IMG/VR virus record: IMGVR_UViG_3300011337_000467
Span: 1 to 31,722 of that record
DNA length: 31,722 nt
From: a virus
Taxonomy: Duplodnaviria > Heunggongvirae > Uroviricota > Caudoviricetes
Direction: 5' to 3' (one strand)
The notes beneath the pieces were generated by a model. It saw only the letters and a list, made by a program, of their open reading frames with translations. It ran no database searches and was not told where the DNA came from. Positions 17,671 through 26,995 of the stretch are shown here, piece by piece (positions within the stretch are counted from its first letter, which is position 1; each line of letters starts with the position of its first letter). Both the position numbers and the translations under genes were made by a program.

Positions 17671-18175
17671 TCACGGTGAACTGATATTCAACGAAGCAGA
17701 TCTGGTTGACTTGATCCTGCGTGGATTTGACCCATCTGGGTTTGATGGCATGATTGTGGATTCATCAGTGGACTTGGAAACAGCCGCACTGATGTTGGAC
17801 AACGTGCCCCGCCTGATTGCATATAATGACTTGATGGAAACCATGCCCACGGAGGAATATGACCGTCAGTGTCAAAGTCGTTGGTACATGAGTGATCAAT
17901 ATCAACAGATGGACATAGCAGAACATGTGCTGAGTCTATGTACCACAGATGCTGAACTACAGCGATGTGGTGAAGAATTACTGTTGTTTCAAGAACGTGA
18001 CTTGTTCAATCTGTTACGTTATCTCAAATACCTTGTGGATGTGATGACACAGAACAATTTGATTTGGGGCGTAGGGCGTGGATCTAGCACAGCAAGTTTT
18101 GTACTGTACAAATTGGGTGTGCATCAAATCAACAGCATGTATTATGAATTAGATCCCGCGGAATTTTTACGTTAA
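17657..18175 (+). CDS. dnaE: DNA polymerase III alpha (DnaE) fragment, apparent split family-C polymerase subunit
   Basis: L.YLVD.M....IWGVGRGSS.ASFVLY.LGVH.I....Y.LD..EFLR corresponds to the DnaE GRGS region; stops before the catalytic PDID.D motif. Confidence 0.8.
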   Translation: MKQNNHGELIFNEADLVDLILRGFDPSGFDGMIVDSSVDLETAALMLDNVPRLIAYNDLMETMPTEEYDRQCQSRWYMSDQYQQMDIAEHVLSLCTTDAELQRCGEELLLFQERDLFNLLRYLKYLVDVMTQNNLIWGVGRGSSTASFVLYKLGVHQINSMYYELDPAEFLR

Positions 18176-18191
18176 ATATTGTTTTAAGGAG

Positions 18192-18413
18192 ATGATCATG
18201 GCAGGAAATGTATACAAAACAGCCAGTGGTAAAACATTGGATATGCGCAGTTTGGCACTGAAAAACGAACAGGTTCGAGCAGTTGGCAACATGAAGGTCA
18301 ATGCCCGTGGAGATGTTATTGATGATGCTGGCTTGGTTACTCATGCCAAACCTCAACAGCTTCACAAGCAATACAGTCAACAGGTTCAAATAAGAAAAGG
18401 AAAAGAAGGATGA
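18192..18413 (+). CDS. Conserved hypothetical protein (RAVGNMKVNARGD)
   Basis: AAGGAG RBS; TAAATA at 18173. Confidence 0.75.
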   Translation: MIMAGNVYKTASGKTLDMRSLALKNEQVRAVGNMKVNARGDVIDDAGLVTHAKPQQLHKQYSQQVQIRKGKEG

Positions 18414-18808
18414 AACTAGCGTACAGCGCACACCGATTTGACAAACATCAAATCCATCCACTGAATGATTCGGTCATTGTGACTGACATGACGTTTGACG
18501 AACGCTTTACCACAGGTGGTATCGTGTTGCTCAATGACAATGGCAAAAGTACAGGCATCCGACCAAGATGGGGACAGGTATATGCTGTTGGCCCTGACCA
18601 ACAGGATGTTCAAGTGGGACAATGGGTGTGTGTGGCGCATGGTCGATGGACCAGGGGCATTGAAGTGGAAGATGAGACTGGCAAAAAAACTCTGCGTAGA
18701 GTTGATCCTAAAGATCTACTAATTGTGAGCGATGAACAGCCACAAGACGAAACATTCTCAGAAGCCATTCACATAGAAGCCAAACCCACTCACATGCAAC
18801 ACAACTGA
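18410..18808 (+). CDS. groES: GroES-like co-chaperonin
   Basis: PL.D.VIV...E..T.GGIVL...G.VYAVGP...DV.VG..V. Confidence 0.85.
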   Translation: MKLAYSAHRFDKHQIHPLNDSVIVTDMTFDERFTTGGIVLLNDNGKSTGIRPRWGQVYAVGPDQQDVQVGQWVCVAHGRWTRGIEVEDETGKKTLRRVDPKDLLIVSDEQPQDETFSEAIHIEAKPTHMQHN

Positions 18809-19041
18809 TGACAAAAGATTGGAACGTTGAACGAGTTATTTCAGACTGTCAACGAATGTACTACGGTGCCAACGATCCGTATGTTACAGGCTGGAACAAC
18901 TGGCCTTGCAAACAAGACCTATATCGTGTGAAATTTGCAGTGGAAGAGATGCTGAAGAACACCGCCACTTTTGCTGGTGAACAAGAATGGCTGGAACAAC
19001 AACAAAAAGAAAAAATGTGGAAAGTGTTGAGTGACAAATAA
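18808..19041 (+). CDS. Hypothetical protein
   Basis: 77-aa ORF, TGATG overlap with the upstream gene. Confidence 0.7.
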   Translation: MTKDWNVERVISDCQRMYYGANDPYVTGWNNWPCKQDLYRVKFAVEEMLKNTATFAGEQEWLEQQQKEKMWKVLSDK

Positions 19042-19056
19042 TCAAAAAAATTCTCT

Positions 19057-20670
19057 ATGAAAATCTGTATTATAGGAAGTGGTTTCACTGGAATGTTAGC
19101 GGCCGCTGCAATCAAACGCAACTATCCCCACTATAATGTTGTGATGATTGCCAGTGGGCAAGAGATGAAGTTGCCCGGACTTGGATTAAGTTGTCCGCCA
19201 GGGTTTGTTAAATGGATTGCTGACTTGTTAAAAGTTCCAGCTGATACTGCTCTTGTGACAGACATTTTAACCCACACTAACTCTGTTGCCAAAACTAACA
19301 TGAAGTGGCAAAACTTTCAGTCAGCAGCTGACACAGGATTTTTTAGTGGGTTTCCGGTTGTGCCGGCTGCCGATGTTCTATTAGATCCCGGACATACCAG
19401 TCTTAATCTGTTGCCCGAATATCAATTGCCAGGTGCTGACAAATATATGTTGACTGATCTTTGGTACGAACTGTATCTAGCAGGACGCAGAACATTAGAT
19501 GATTTTGGCCCAGACATCAATCAGTTCTATTGGTATGCAAGTCAACATCGAATCTTACCTCATCACATTTGCAGTGAATGGACAATGCCATCGCTACAAA
19601 TCAACAGCTGGTCATTTGGTGAATGGTTAAAACAACGGTATCAATCACAGTTGGATCAGGTGTATGACAGCGAAGTAAAAGAAATTAAAAAAACAAATTT
19701 TGGGGGGATTCTATCTGTAACGTTAGCATCAGGCAAAGAAATAACTGCTGATTTTTATTTAGACTGTACTGGATTCAGTAGACTACTTGGCAAAGAATTT
19801 GATCTTGCATATTCCCGGCCTCCTACAGAAATCTATCATGATACCACTGTGGTTGTGGGCAATGGTTATACCGAAAATGTTGATCAAGAAATGATGCCAT
19901 ATACCACTGGTTATGGCATGGATTATGGATGGACATTTGCTATCAGCATGCAACATTGCAAAAGTTTTGGTTACAATTTTGACAGTAGTTTTATCACGCC
20001 AGACCAGGCATTGGAAGAACTAGACTCACTGAGTGATCCACACACACGCACAGTGGATCCTGTGATCATGCGATGGACTCCAGGCAGTTATCAGACTGCT
20101 CTAAATAAAAATTTTGCTTTGTTGGGTCTTGCATCAGGGTTTCTTGATCCGTTTGATGCCAACTCAGTTGCACTGCAAATTCGACAAATACAAACTCTTA
20201 TTGAACTGTTTCAATCTCCGGCAAATATTAACAGTTCTGTAAATGTCTACAATAAACGAACTAATAATTTTTATAACAGTGTGGCCGAAAGACTGGAATT
20301 CCATCAGGCATTGGCACCAAGAAATACTAGTGAATACTGGCGTAGAAATCACAACATTGCTCAAAAACGAAAACTTGAAGATTTGATATTTGCTGCCTTG
20401 GCTGATCCTGATCACTACACTCCAGCTCGTTTTGCAGGAACTTATAGACCGTACCCAATGCATTTATATCTCAGTGAGAGTTTGTATTATGGATTGGACA
20501 TGTCCAGACGCTGTAGACAAAGCAGTACAGCCATGCTACAATTAGCAGATGAATACTTTCAATCATTCAACAAATTAAATCAACATCGTGCGCAACTTGC
20601 GCCTACACAACGAGAATGGTATGCCGCACATGGCGTAGATCTCAACAACAGCGTGACATTTAGGAAATAA
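19057..20670 (+). CDS. Tryptophan-halogenase-family flavoprotein (divergent)
   Basis: KICIIGSGFTG FAD motif, DFYLDCTGFSRLL, GW.F.I, GLASGFLDP. Confidence 0.85.
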   Translation: MKICIIGSGFTGMLAAAAIKRNYPHYNVVMIASGQEMKLPGLGLSCPPGFVKWIADLLKVPADTALVTDILTHTNSVAKTNMKWQNFQSAADTGFFSGFPVVPAADVLLDPGHTSLNLLPEYQLPGADKYMLTDLWYELYLAGRRTLDDFGPDINQFYWYASQHRILPHHICSEWTMPSLQINSWSFGEWLKQRYQSQLDQVYDSEVKEIKKTNFGGILSVTLASGKEITADFYLDCTGFSRLLGKEFDLAYSRPPTEIYHDTTVVVGNGYTENVDQEMMPYTTGYGMDYGWTFAISMQHCKSFGYNFDSSFITPDQALEELDSLSDPHTRTVDPVIMRWTPGSYQTALNKNFALLGLASGFLDPFDANSVALQIRQIQTLIELFQSPANINSSVNVYNKRTNNFYNSVAERLEFHQALAPRNTSEYWRRNHNIAQKRKLEDLIFAALADPDHYTPARFAGTYRPYPMHLYLSESLYYGLDMSRRCRQSSTAMLQLADEYFQSFNKLNQHRAQLAPTQREWYAAHGVDLNNSVTFRK

Positions 20671-20671
20671 C

Positions 20672-21595
20672 ATGAAAGAATTATGGGTAGAGAAGTATCG
20701 TCCTAACAAAGTAGACGGTTATGTGTTTGTGGACGAAACACAAAAGGAACAAGTACAGGCCTGGATTCGTGACAGATCAATTCCACACTTGATGTTGAGC
20801 GGCCCAGCAGGCACAGGCAAGACCACTCTGGCCAAACTGTTGATCAATGAGCTGGGCATAGATGAATTTGATGTTATGTATGCTAATGGATCTAAGGAAG
20901 CTCGCAAGATTGATTGGGTGGATAAACTGATTTCGTTCTGTCAAACCATGCCATTTGGTCGATTCAAGGTTGTGTTAATTGATGAAGCTGACTATTTGGG
21001 ATTACACACAGTTCAGCCAGCCCTGCGCAACTTGATGGAAGATTACAGTCAAACTGTTAGGTTTATTTTGACTTGCAATTACCCTAGCAAAATTATTGCA
21101 CCCTTACACAGTCGATGCCAAACATTTCAAATTACCAAAACTGATCACACAGAGTTCACAGCCAGAGTGGCCACTGTGTTGGTTACCGAAGGAGTGGAGT
21201 TTGAATTAGATACGCTAGACACCTATGTCAAAGCCACTTATCCTGATCTACGCAAATGTTTGAATCTAGTACAACCCAACAGTCAAACTGGAAGATTGTT
21301 GCCGCCATCCGCCAGCGATAAAAGTGTAAAAGACTGGAAACTGGACTGTGTGGGCTTGTTCAAAACTGGCCGTGTGAGAGAAGCTCGCGCTTTGTTATGT
21401 CAAAGTGCAGACTCTGAAGAATCCAACGACGTGTTTCGTTGGATGTATGACAACCTAGACTTGTGGGCTGACACAGTAGAAAAGCAAGATCAAGCTATCA
21501 TAATCATTCGCAATGGTGTAGCTAACATTGCGCTGGTGGCAGATCAAGAAATCAACCTGAGTGCTACTTTAATTGAACTAAGCCAAATCACATGA
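20672..21595 (+). CDS. Sliding-clamp loader small subunit (T4 gp44/RFC-like AAA+)
   Basis: LWVEKYRP, GPAGTGKTT Walker A, LIDEAD Walker B, PLHSRC. Confidence 0.93.
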   Translation: MKELWVEKYRPNKVDGYVFVDETQKEQVQAWIRDRSIPHLMLSGPAGTGKTTLAKLLINELGIDEFDVMYANGSKEARKIDWVDKLISFCQTMPFGRFKVVLIDEADYLGLHTVQPALRNLMEDYSQTVRFILTCNYPSKIIAPLHSRCQTFQITKTDHTEFTARVATVLVTEGVEFELDTLDTYVKATYPDLRKCLNLVQPNSQTGRLLPPSASDKSVKDWKLDCVGLFKTGRVREARALLCQSADSEESNDVFRWMYDNLDLWADTVEKQDQAIIIIRNGVANIALVADQEINLSATLIELSQIT

Positions 21596-22350
21596 AAGTC
21601 TGTTTTAACGGATGTAGTCTTACAGTAGGTGAAGGTTTTCCTGAACAGGAAAGAGACCAGTACATCTATGACAGACTGTTAACTAAACAGTTTGAATTTG
21701 ATTCTACAAACGTTGCTGTAGGCGGATCCAGTAATCATGTCATTTTTATGCGATCTGCTAGAGAAATATTATCAAACAAGTACGATTTGGTAATCACTCA
21801 ATGGTCTGCATTAAATAGAATTTGGTTATATCCAGGACCCGATACTGTGTTTAGTGTAAACGATCAAAAATTTCCTGATTACAAATATAGAAATTTATAT
21901 TTAAATGCAAGCGAAAAGAAAACTTTTTGCAATACACTTTTGTTAATGAATCATGACTATAACAACATTATAGAACTGATAGACTACTGCAATATATTAT
22001 CTACGTTGGCCAACAATACTTCGACCAAAGTTATTTTTGTCAATGGCCTACTGCATTGGCAACGTGATCTTACACGTCCATTGTTGCATGATCTTGGTCA
22101 GTCGCTTAGTGACTACACTAAATCTATACTGGATTTTGATCATCGGTCCGACGACGAAATTGTAGAATTTTTTACAAAATTGCAAACTAAATTTCAAGAC
22201 TTAGATCAATCAAAGTGGAGTAATTTATTTACTTCCTTTATGAGTGCTACCACTGACACTGGTCCACAAGGTCACCACCCTGGACCAATCAGCCATAAAT
22301 GGATGGCTAACAACATTTCTGACTACTTAACTAAAAATTTAATGCTATGA
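21592..22350 (+). CDS. SGNH-hydrolase-like protein
   Basis: FNGCSLT.G block I, N.AVGGSSN, QWS...R, C-terminal GHHPGP.SH. Confidence 0.65.
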   Translation: MKVCFNGCSLTVGEGFPEQERDQYIYDRLLTKQFEFDSTNVAVGGSSNHVIFMRSAREILSNKYDLVITQWSALNRIWLYPGPDTVFSVNDQKFPDYKYRNLYLNASEKKTFCNTLLLMNHDYNNIIELIDYCNILSTLANNTSTKVIFVNGLLHWQRDLTRPLLHDLGQSLSDYTKSILDFDHRSDDEIVEFFTKLQTKFQDLDQSKWSNLFTSFMSATTDTGPQGHHPGPISHKWMANNISDYLTKNLML

Positions 22351-22655
22351 GATATCTAATCCTAACTTACTACAAAAAACCCACAGGTCAAATTGACGAA
22401 GTGATGGCAGTGGCCAAAAACCTAAAAACAAGAGACCATGCTACTGCCAATGTTATACTTGACTTCAAGGAGTTAAAAGTGTTAAAATGTAGCATGGGCG
22501 GTGTTCAAGTGCCCAGAGACTTTGATAGAATTGTAGAGTACTACATGGAACACTACGAATCTACCATTACCCGATTGTTTAATGAAAATGGATACACAGT
22601 TGAATACCGCAAAAAAGACGCAGAAGCACAACCCGCAGAGCCTAATCCTAGTTGA
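22347..22655 (+). CDS. Hypothetical protein
   Basis: 102-aa ORF, ATGA coupling. Confidence 0.75.
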   Translation: MRYLILTYYKKPTGQIDEVMAVAKNLKTRDHATANVILDFKELKVLKCSMGGVQVPRDFDRIVEYYMEHYESTITRLFNENGYTVEYRKKDAEAQPAEPNPS

Positions 22656-23211
22656 TGCGGACGGTGTACTCCTTAACTGGGAGTATGCCTTTGCCATCTG
22701 GATGGAACAGCACGGTCACGAAAAGCAACCTGGCTCTGAATTTATATACGACATTGGCGAACGCTATGGCATCAGTCGAGACCAGGGTCGCAAGCTGATC
22801 AAACTGTTTAATGAGTCAGCAGCCATTGGATTTTTGCCACCGCTACGTGATGCCATGTACTATGTGAAACGACTGCATGAAGAACATGGCTACGTGTTTC
22901 ACTGTATTACCAGCCTGTCAACTGATGTAAACGCCAAGCGACTGAGAGAAATGAATCTCAGCAAACTGTTTGGAGACACAGCGTTTGAACTTGTGACTTG
23001 TTTGGAAACTGGTGCAGATAAGAATGAGGCCTTGGAGCCCTATCGTGATAGTGGCTGTTGGTGGGTGGAAGACAAGCCCGAGAATGCAGAAGTTGGGATT
23101 GAATTAGGATTACGCAGTATATTAATGGAACACGGGCACAACATGAATCATGAGTGCCCGTATCCGGTCGTCAAAAATTGGCGGGAAATTTACGCGATAA
23201 TCACCTCCTAA
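22582..23211 (+). CDS. HAD-family 5'-nucleotidase-like protein (start uncertain)
   Basis: ILVDADGVL motif I, ITS motif II, K and WVEDK motif IV. Confidence 0.85.
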   Translation: MKMDTQLNTAKKTQKHNPQSLILVDADGVLLNWEYAFAIWMEQHGHEKQPGSEFIYDIGERYGISRDQGRKLIKLFNESAAIGFLPPLRDAMYYVKRLHEEHGYVFHCITSLSTDVNAKRLREMNLSKLFGDTAFELVTCLETGADKNEALEPYRDSGCWWVEDKPENAEVGIELGLRSILMEHGHNMNHECPYPVVKNWREIYAIITS

Positions 23212-23945
23212 TCTGCGTACAATTTCAACACTGACCCAATGATGCTGTGGCGTTGAATATCTCTGCCTTCTAGAGCACACACAGCAATACCTGCAACAGG
23301 CGTGGCCTGTAATCGTTCACACAGATCCATCAAACCGTTGTCGCCTCTATTGCGATCAGCTTGCTCAATGTCACCTGTGACAACAATCTTGCTACCAGAA
23401 CCTATGCGGGTCATCAGCATCTTGACCTGGGCCGGAGTTGCATTTTGCATTTCGTCGGCTATAATCCATGAGTTTTTAAAGGTGCGGCCTCGCATGTATG
23501 CCAGCGGCGAGATCTCCACTACCTGATCTTCTATCATGGCCAAGATGTCTGCTGGGCGATAATACTCTCGCATGACGTCCAACAGAGGTCTGGTCCATGG
23601 TTCCATTTTGGCAACCAAATTGCCCGGAAGGAAACCATGACTTTCTCCCTCTACCCCCACTGCTGGGCGGGTCATTACTATCCTATCACATGTGCCTTCT
23701 CTCAGTGCTCGTATGGCCGCTAACATTGCTAGATAAGTTTTGCCTGTTCCTGCAGGACCCACTGTTACTACTATGTCAGCGTCAGGGTTTTGTAATGCCA
23801 TTACCAATCGTTCCTGGTTTCGTGTGCGAGGGACCAAGTCAATTCTACGCGGTTGTGGGCGTAGAGTTTGATTGAAGTGTATGGTATTTTCCACAGCCTG
23901 ATTCATCTTTTTTTGTTGTGCTTTTAGGGCGCGATTTCTGCTCAA
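23208..23945 (-). CDS. phoH: PhoH-family ATPase (probable TTG start at 23945)
   Basis: GPAGTGKT, TRPAV, GFLPG, PLAYMRGRTF, DEMQN, TRIG.GS...VTGD..Q.D; AGGAG RBS; TAAATA on minus strand at 23982-23987. Confidence 0.93.
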   Translation of the reverse strand: MSRNRALKAQQKKMNQAVENTIHFNQTLRPQPRRIDLVPRTRNQERLVMALQNPDADIVVTVGPAGTGKTYLAMLAAIRALREGTCDRIVMTRPAVGVEGESHGFLPGNLVAKMEPWTRPLLDVMREYYRPADILAMIEDQVVEISPLAYMRGRTFKNSWIIADEMQNATPAQVKMLMTRIGSGSKIVVTGDIEQADRNRGDNGLMDLCERLQATPVAGIAVCALEGRDIQRHSIIGSVLKLYAD

Positions 23946-24106
23946 AGTTTCTATACTCCTTTTGTCCTTGATGGACAATGATATTTACGGTGCAGAAATC
24001 TTCAAGATATGTGGACAGATTTGGCTGACATATTGGACTAAGTATTTGGCTTTGCTCCAGAATCTCAATCTGCTGGCCAGACGCCACTCGCCATAAATAA
24101 ATTACC

Positions 24107-24730
24107 ATGCAGACACATAACAAATTTGGCATCAACGACAAAGAAATCTTCAAGAATCACGAAGATTACTGGCAGGTGGCCGACAACATCAAAGACCTAT
24201 ACATGAGCGACGGCAGTATTGCCACGCTATTAGACATGGAACGTGTGCTGGATGAACTAGACGTATACGCATTTCGCAACTGGGAAATTGGTGAATTAGT
24301 AGCCGGTCCTGAAGTGGGCAAGTATCGTGTGTCAGCCATATTCATGTGGCCCAAGAACTTGATGCCTGATCCACGTGGCGGCAAACGACTGTTGCCATTT
24401 GACTGCGAAGTTGTATACAAAAAACAAAAAATCAAAATACCTGTTAAGATTGAAACCCCCTCAGACTATCAACCTGGCGGCCATGCAGCACGAATGACTG
24501 AAAAAGAAGTTTGGCTGGTGTCAATTACCATGCCCAAAGCCTTAATGAGTGATATCAAAACAGGTTCAATCGAAATGGAAGATCAGGACATTGATCTTGA
24601 TGATTTGGATCGTGCATACGAGCAGGATCTAGATAAAGAAGCCAATCAAAGTGATCAACAGGCCCAAGATGCACAACAAACCCTACAACAAAACCCCCAA
24701 CCAGGAGCAGCCGGTGCGCCCCTTGCATGA
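24107..24730 (+). CDS. Conserved large-phage hypothetical late protein
   Basis: 207 aa; TAAATA 7 nt upstream of ATG. Confidence 0.8.
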   Translation: MQTHNKFGINDKEIFKNHEDYWQVADNIKDLYMSDGSIATLLDMERVLDELDVYAFRNWEIGELVAGPEVGKYRVSAIFMWPKNLMPDPRGGKRLLPFDCEVVYKKQKIKIPVKIETPSDYQPGGHAARMTEKEVWLVSITMPKALMSDIKTGSIEMEDQDIDLDDLDRAYEQDLDKEANQSDQQAQDAQQTLQQNPQPGAAGAPLA

Positions 24731-25247
24731 AGGTCTCCAGTATCGTGATTTAGATGGGCTCATGAAGCCCACTGTTCATGTGGATGAATTCTCAAGCAAA
24801 ATGGGCGATGACGCTGACATTATTGTGCTCAGCTTCTTTGTGCGTGACAAAGCCGCTGCAAAAGATCTAGTAAGCTGGTTTGAAAAAGGCTATGATTTTG
24901 TGCTGGACGCAGATCGTTCGCCTGGTGAAATCAAACCCAATCGTTATCTAGTGTACGTGGAAATGCGCAGACGCTCAGCCGCGCCTGGCAATATCACAGA
25001 AATGCTGGAAGACCTAGAAACCCTAACTGAATACGACGCTGCTGACTGGCAATGGCATTACGACGGTAAGAAATATGACTGGGACCCAGAACTGTTTGCC
25101 AAAACAGTGCCACTCACACCCAACGACTACACACGCACACACGAGAGTGATCTAAATGAAATGCGCACAGCAGCTGGCCTGCCTGTTCGAAAGATCTACC
25201 AACCCGACCCTGAATTAAAGAGCTGGCAAAGCGCCGCTGGTATATAA
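24669..25247 (+). CDS. Conserved hypothetical protein, possibly head-associated (start uncertain)
   Basis: PLHEG near N-terminus; LNEMRTAAGL and WQSAAGI at C-terminus. Confidence 0.7.
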   Translation: MHNKPYNKTPNQEQPVRPLHEGLQYRDLDGLMKPTVHVDEFSSKMGDDADIIVLSFFVRDKAAAKDLVSWFEKGYDFVLDADRSPGEIKPNRYLVYVEMRRRSAAPGNITEMLEDLETLTEYDAADWQWHYDGKKYDWDPELFAKTVPLTPNDYTRTHESDLNEMRTAAGLPVRKIYQPDPELKSWQSAAGI

Positions 25248-25253
25248 TTCACA

Positions 25254-25910
25254 ATGAAATTAAAGAGTTTTGGCTGCTCCTTTATTTGGGGCAGTGATTT
25301 GCCTGATGACGGTCGCAATTTTCCTCGCGCAACTGCCAGTCGATTAACCTGGCCTGCACTATTGGCCCAAGATCTTGAATATGAATATGAGTGTCATGCA
25401 CGGCCAGGCGCTGGTAATTTGCAAATTACAGAACGTTTATTAAATCAAATCTGCAAAGACGAACACAGCTTGTTTGTTATAGGATGGACCTGGATTGACA
25501 GATTTGACTACAACCAAGACAAAACGCACTGCTGGAACACTGTCATGCCTATTGACACTGATCATCGGGCAACTGTTTATTACAGGGACCTGCACTCGCA
25601 GTACAGAGACAAATTAACCACGTTGATCAATATTAAATTGGCCATTGATACATTAAAACAAAAAAATTGCCCATTCATAATGACCTACATGGACGAATTG
25701 ATTTTTGAAACCAAATGGCATGCCACGCCGTCAATTTTATTTCTGCAAGACTATGTTAGACCTTACATGACCAAGTTTAACGGGTTGACTTTTTTGGATT
25801 GGAGTAAAAAGAATAATTTTGAAATATCTCCCACCCTGCACCCACTGGAGCCTGCACACCAAGCTGGGTTTGAATTGATCAAAAGTTATAATTTAACACA
25901 AGCAAAATAA
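25254..25910 (+). CDS. SGNH-hydrolase-like protein
   Basis: FGCSFIWG block I, A.PGAGN, IGWT.IDR, LHP...AH. Confidence 0.65.
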   Translation: MKLKSFGCSFIWGSDLPDDGRNFPRATASRLTWPALLAQDLEYEYECHARPGAGNLQITERLLNQICKDEHSLFVIGWTWIDRFDYNQDKTHCWNTVMPIDTDHRATVYYRDLHSQYRDKLTTLINIKLAIDTLKQKNCPFIMTYMDELIFETKWHATPSILFLQDYVRPYMTKFNGLTFLDWSKKNNFEISPTLHPLEPAHQAGFELIKSYNLTQAK

Positions 25911-25955
25911 ACACACCCAACACATTGAATTCTTAAATAGACTAAAGGAAACTGC

Positions 25956-26750
25956 ATGACACAACGCATCTTAATCATGGGCCTGCCAGGCTCGGGTAAA
26001 ACCACACTGGCACGAGAATTAAAAGCACAACTTGAATCAGCCGGCAAGGTGGTGGGTTGGCTTAACGCAGACGAAATACGCGAACAGTACAATGACTGGG
26101 ACTTTTCCGAAACAGGACGTATTCGTCAAGCCAAACGCATGAGAGAACTAGCAGACAAACTGCCTGCATATGACTACATGATTGCGGACTTTGTGGCACC
26201 ACTGGTGGAAATGCGCAATGTATTCAAAGCAGACTGGACAATCTGGGTAGACACCATCCGTGAAGGTCGCTACGCTGATACCAATGCCATGTTCGTGGAA
26301 CCTGACATATACGACTTCCGTGTGCCTGAACAAAACTGTGAAAAATGGGCGGACTTTATTAAGGAGCACATTATCGACAATCGTCGTCGTCCTGTATTTG
26401 ATTTCAAACGCGAAACTGTGCAAATGCTGGGTCGTTGGCAGCCCTGGCATGATGGACATCGTGCGTTATTTGAGCGATTATTACAGCGCACAGGGCAAGT
26501 GGTAATTCAAGTGCGTGATGTGCAGGGTTGGCAGGGGTCAAATCCTTTTGAAGTGGAGCGAGTGAAATCATTTATACGCAGAGACTTAGATCCGCTATAT
26601 CAAGGCCAATACGAAATACAAGTTGTGCCCAACATTGTGCATATTGGTTGGGGTCGCGGCGTGGGTTATTCAGCAGGCGAAGAAACATTTGATGATGCTA
26701 TCACCGATATTTCAGCCACAAAAATTCGAAAAGAATTAGGATTAAAATGA
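25956..26750 (+). CDS. Fusion of CysC/APS-kinase-like P-loop kinase and HxGH nucleotidyltransferase
   Basis: GLPGSGKTT, LNADEIR, WDFS..GR.RQ..RM; C-terminal MLGRWQPWHDGH. Confidence 0.85.
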   Translation: MTQRILIMGLPGSGKTTLARELKAQLESAGKVVGWLNADEIREQYNDWDFSETGRIRQAKRMRELADKLPAYDYMIADFVAPLVEMRNVFKADWTIWVDTIREGRYADTNAMFVEPDIYDFRVPEQNCEKWADFIKEHIIDNRRRPVFDFKRETVQMLGRWQPWHDGHRALFERLLQRTGQVVIQVRDVQGWQGSNPFEVERVKSFIRRDLDPLYQGQYEIQVVPNIVHIGWGRGVGYSAGEETFDDAITDISATKIRKELGLK

Positions 26751-26971
26751 ACAAATACCACATTAGATTCAACACCAAGCACAATGGCAGCAATCTAGTG
26801 TGGCGTGTGTTTGAAAACGGCCAGGAACATCTGGCGTCGGATGTGCGACTCATAGGCGAAACATACACTGAATGCACTGAAGAATATGGCGAAACCAAGT
26901 GGAACATTGCCTGCTACGGCCGCTTGGTGTGGGTAGATCAAACAGCCGTTATTGTGACAGGTAAAGACTAA
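26747..26971 (+). CDS. Hypothetical protein
   Basis: 74-aa ORF, ATGA coupling. Confidence 0.75.
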   Translation: MNKYHIRFNTKHNGSNLVWRVFENGQEHLASDVRLIGETYTECTEEYGETKWNIACYGRLVWVDQTAVIVTGKD

Positions 26972-26995
26972 AATCACTGCCAGCTAAATACTGGC

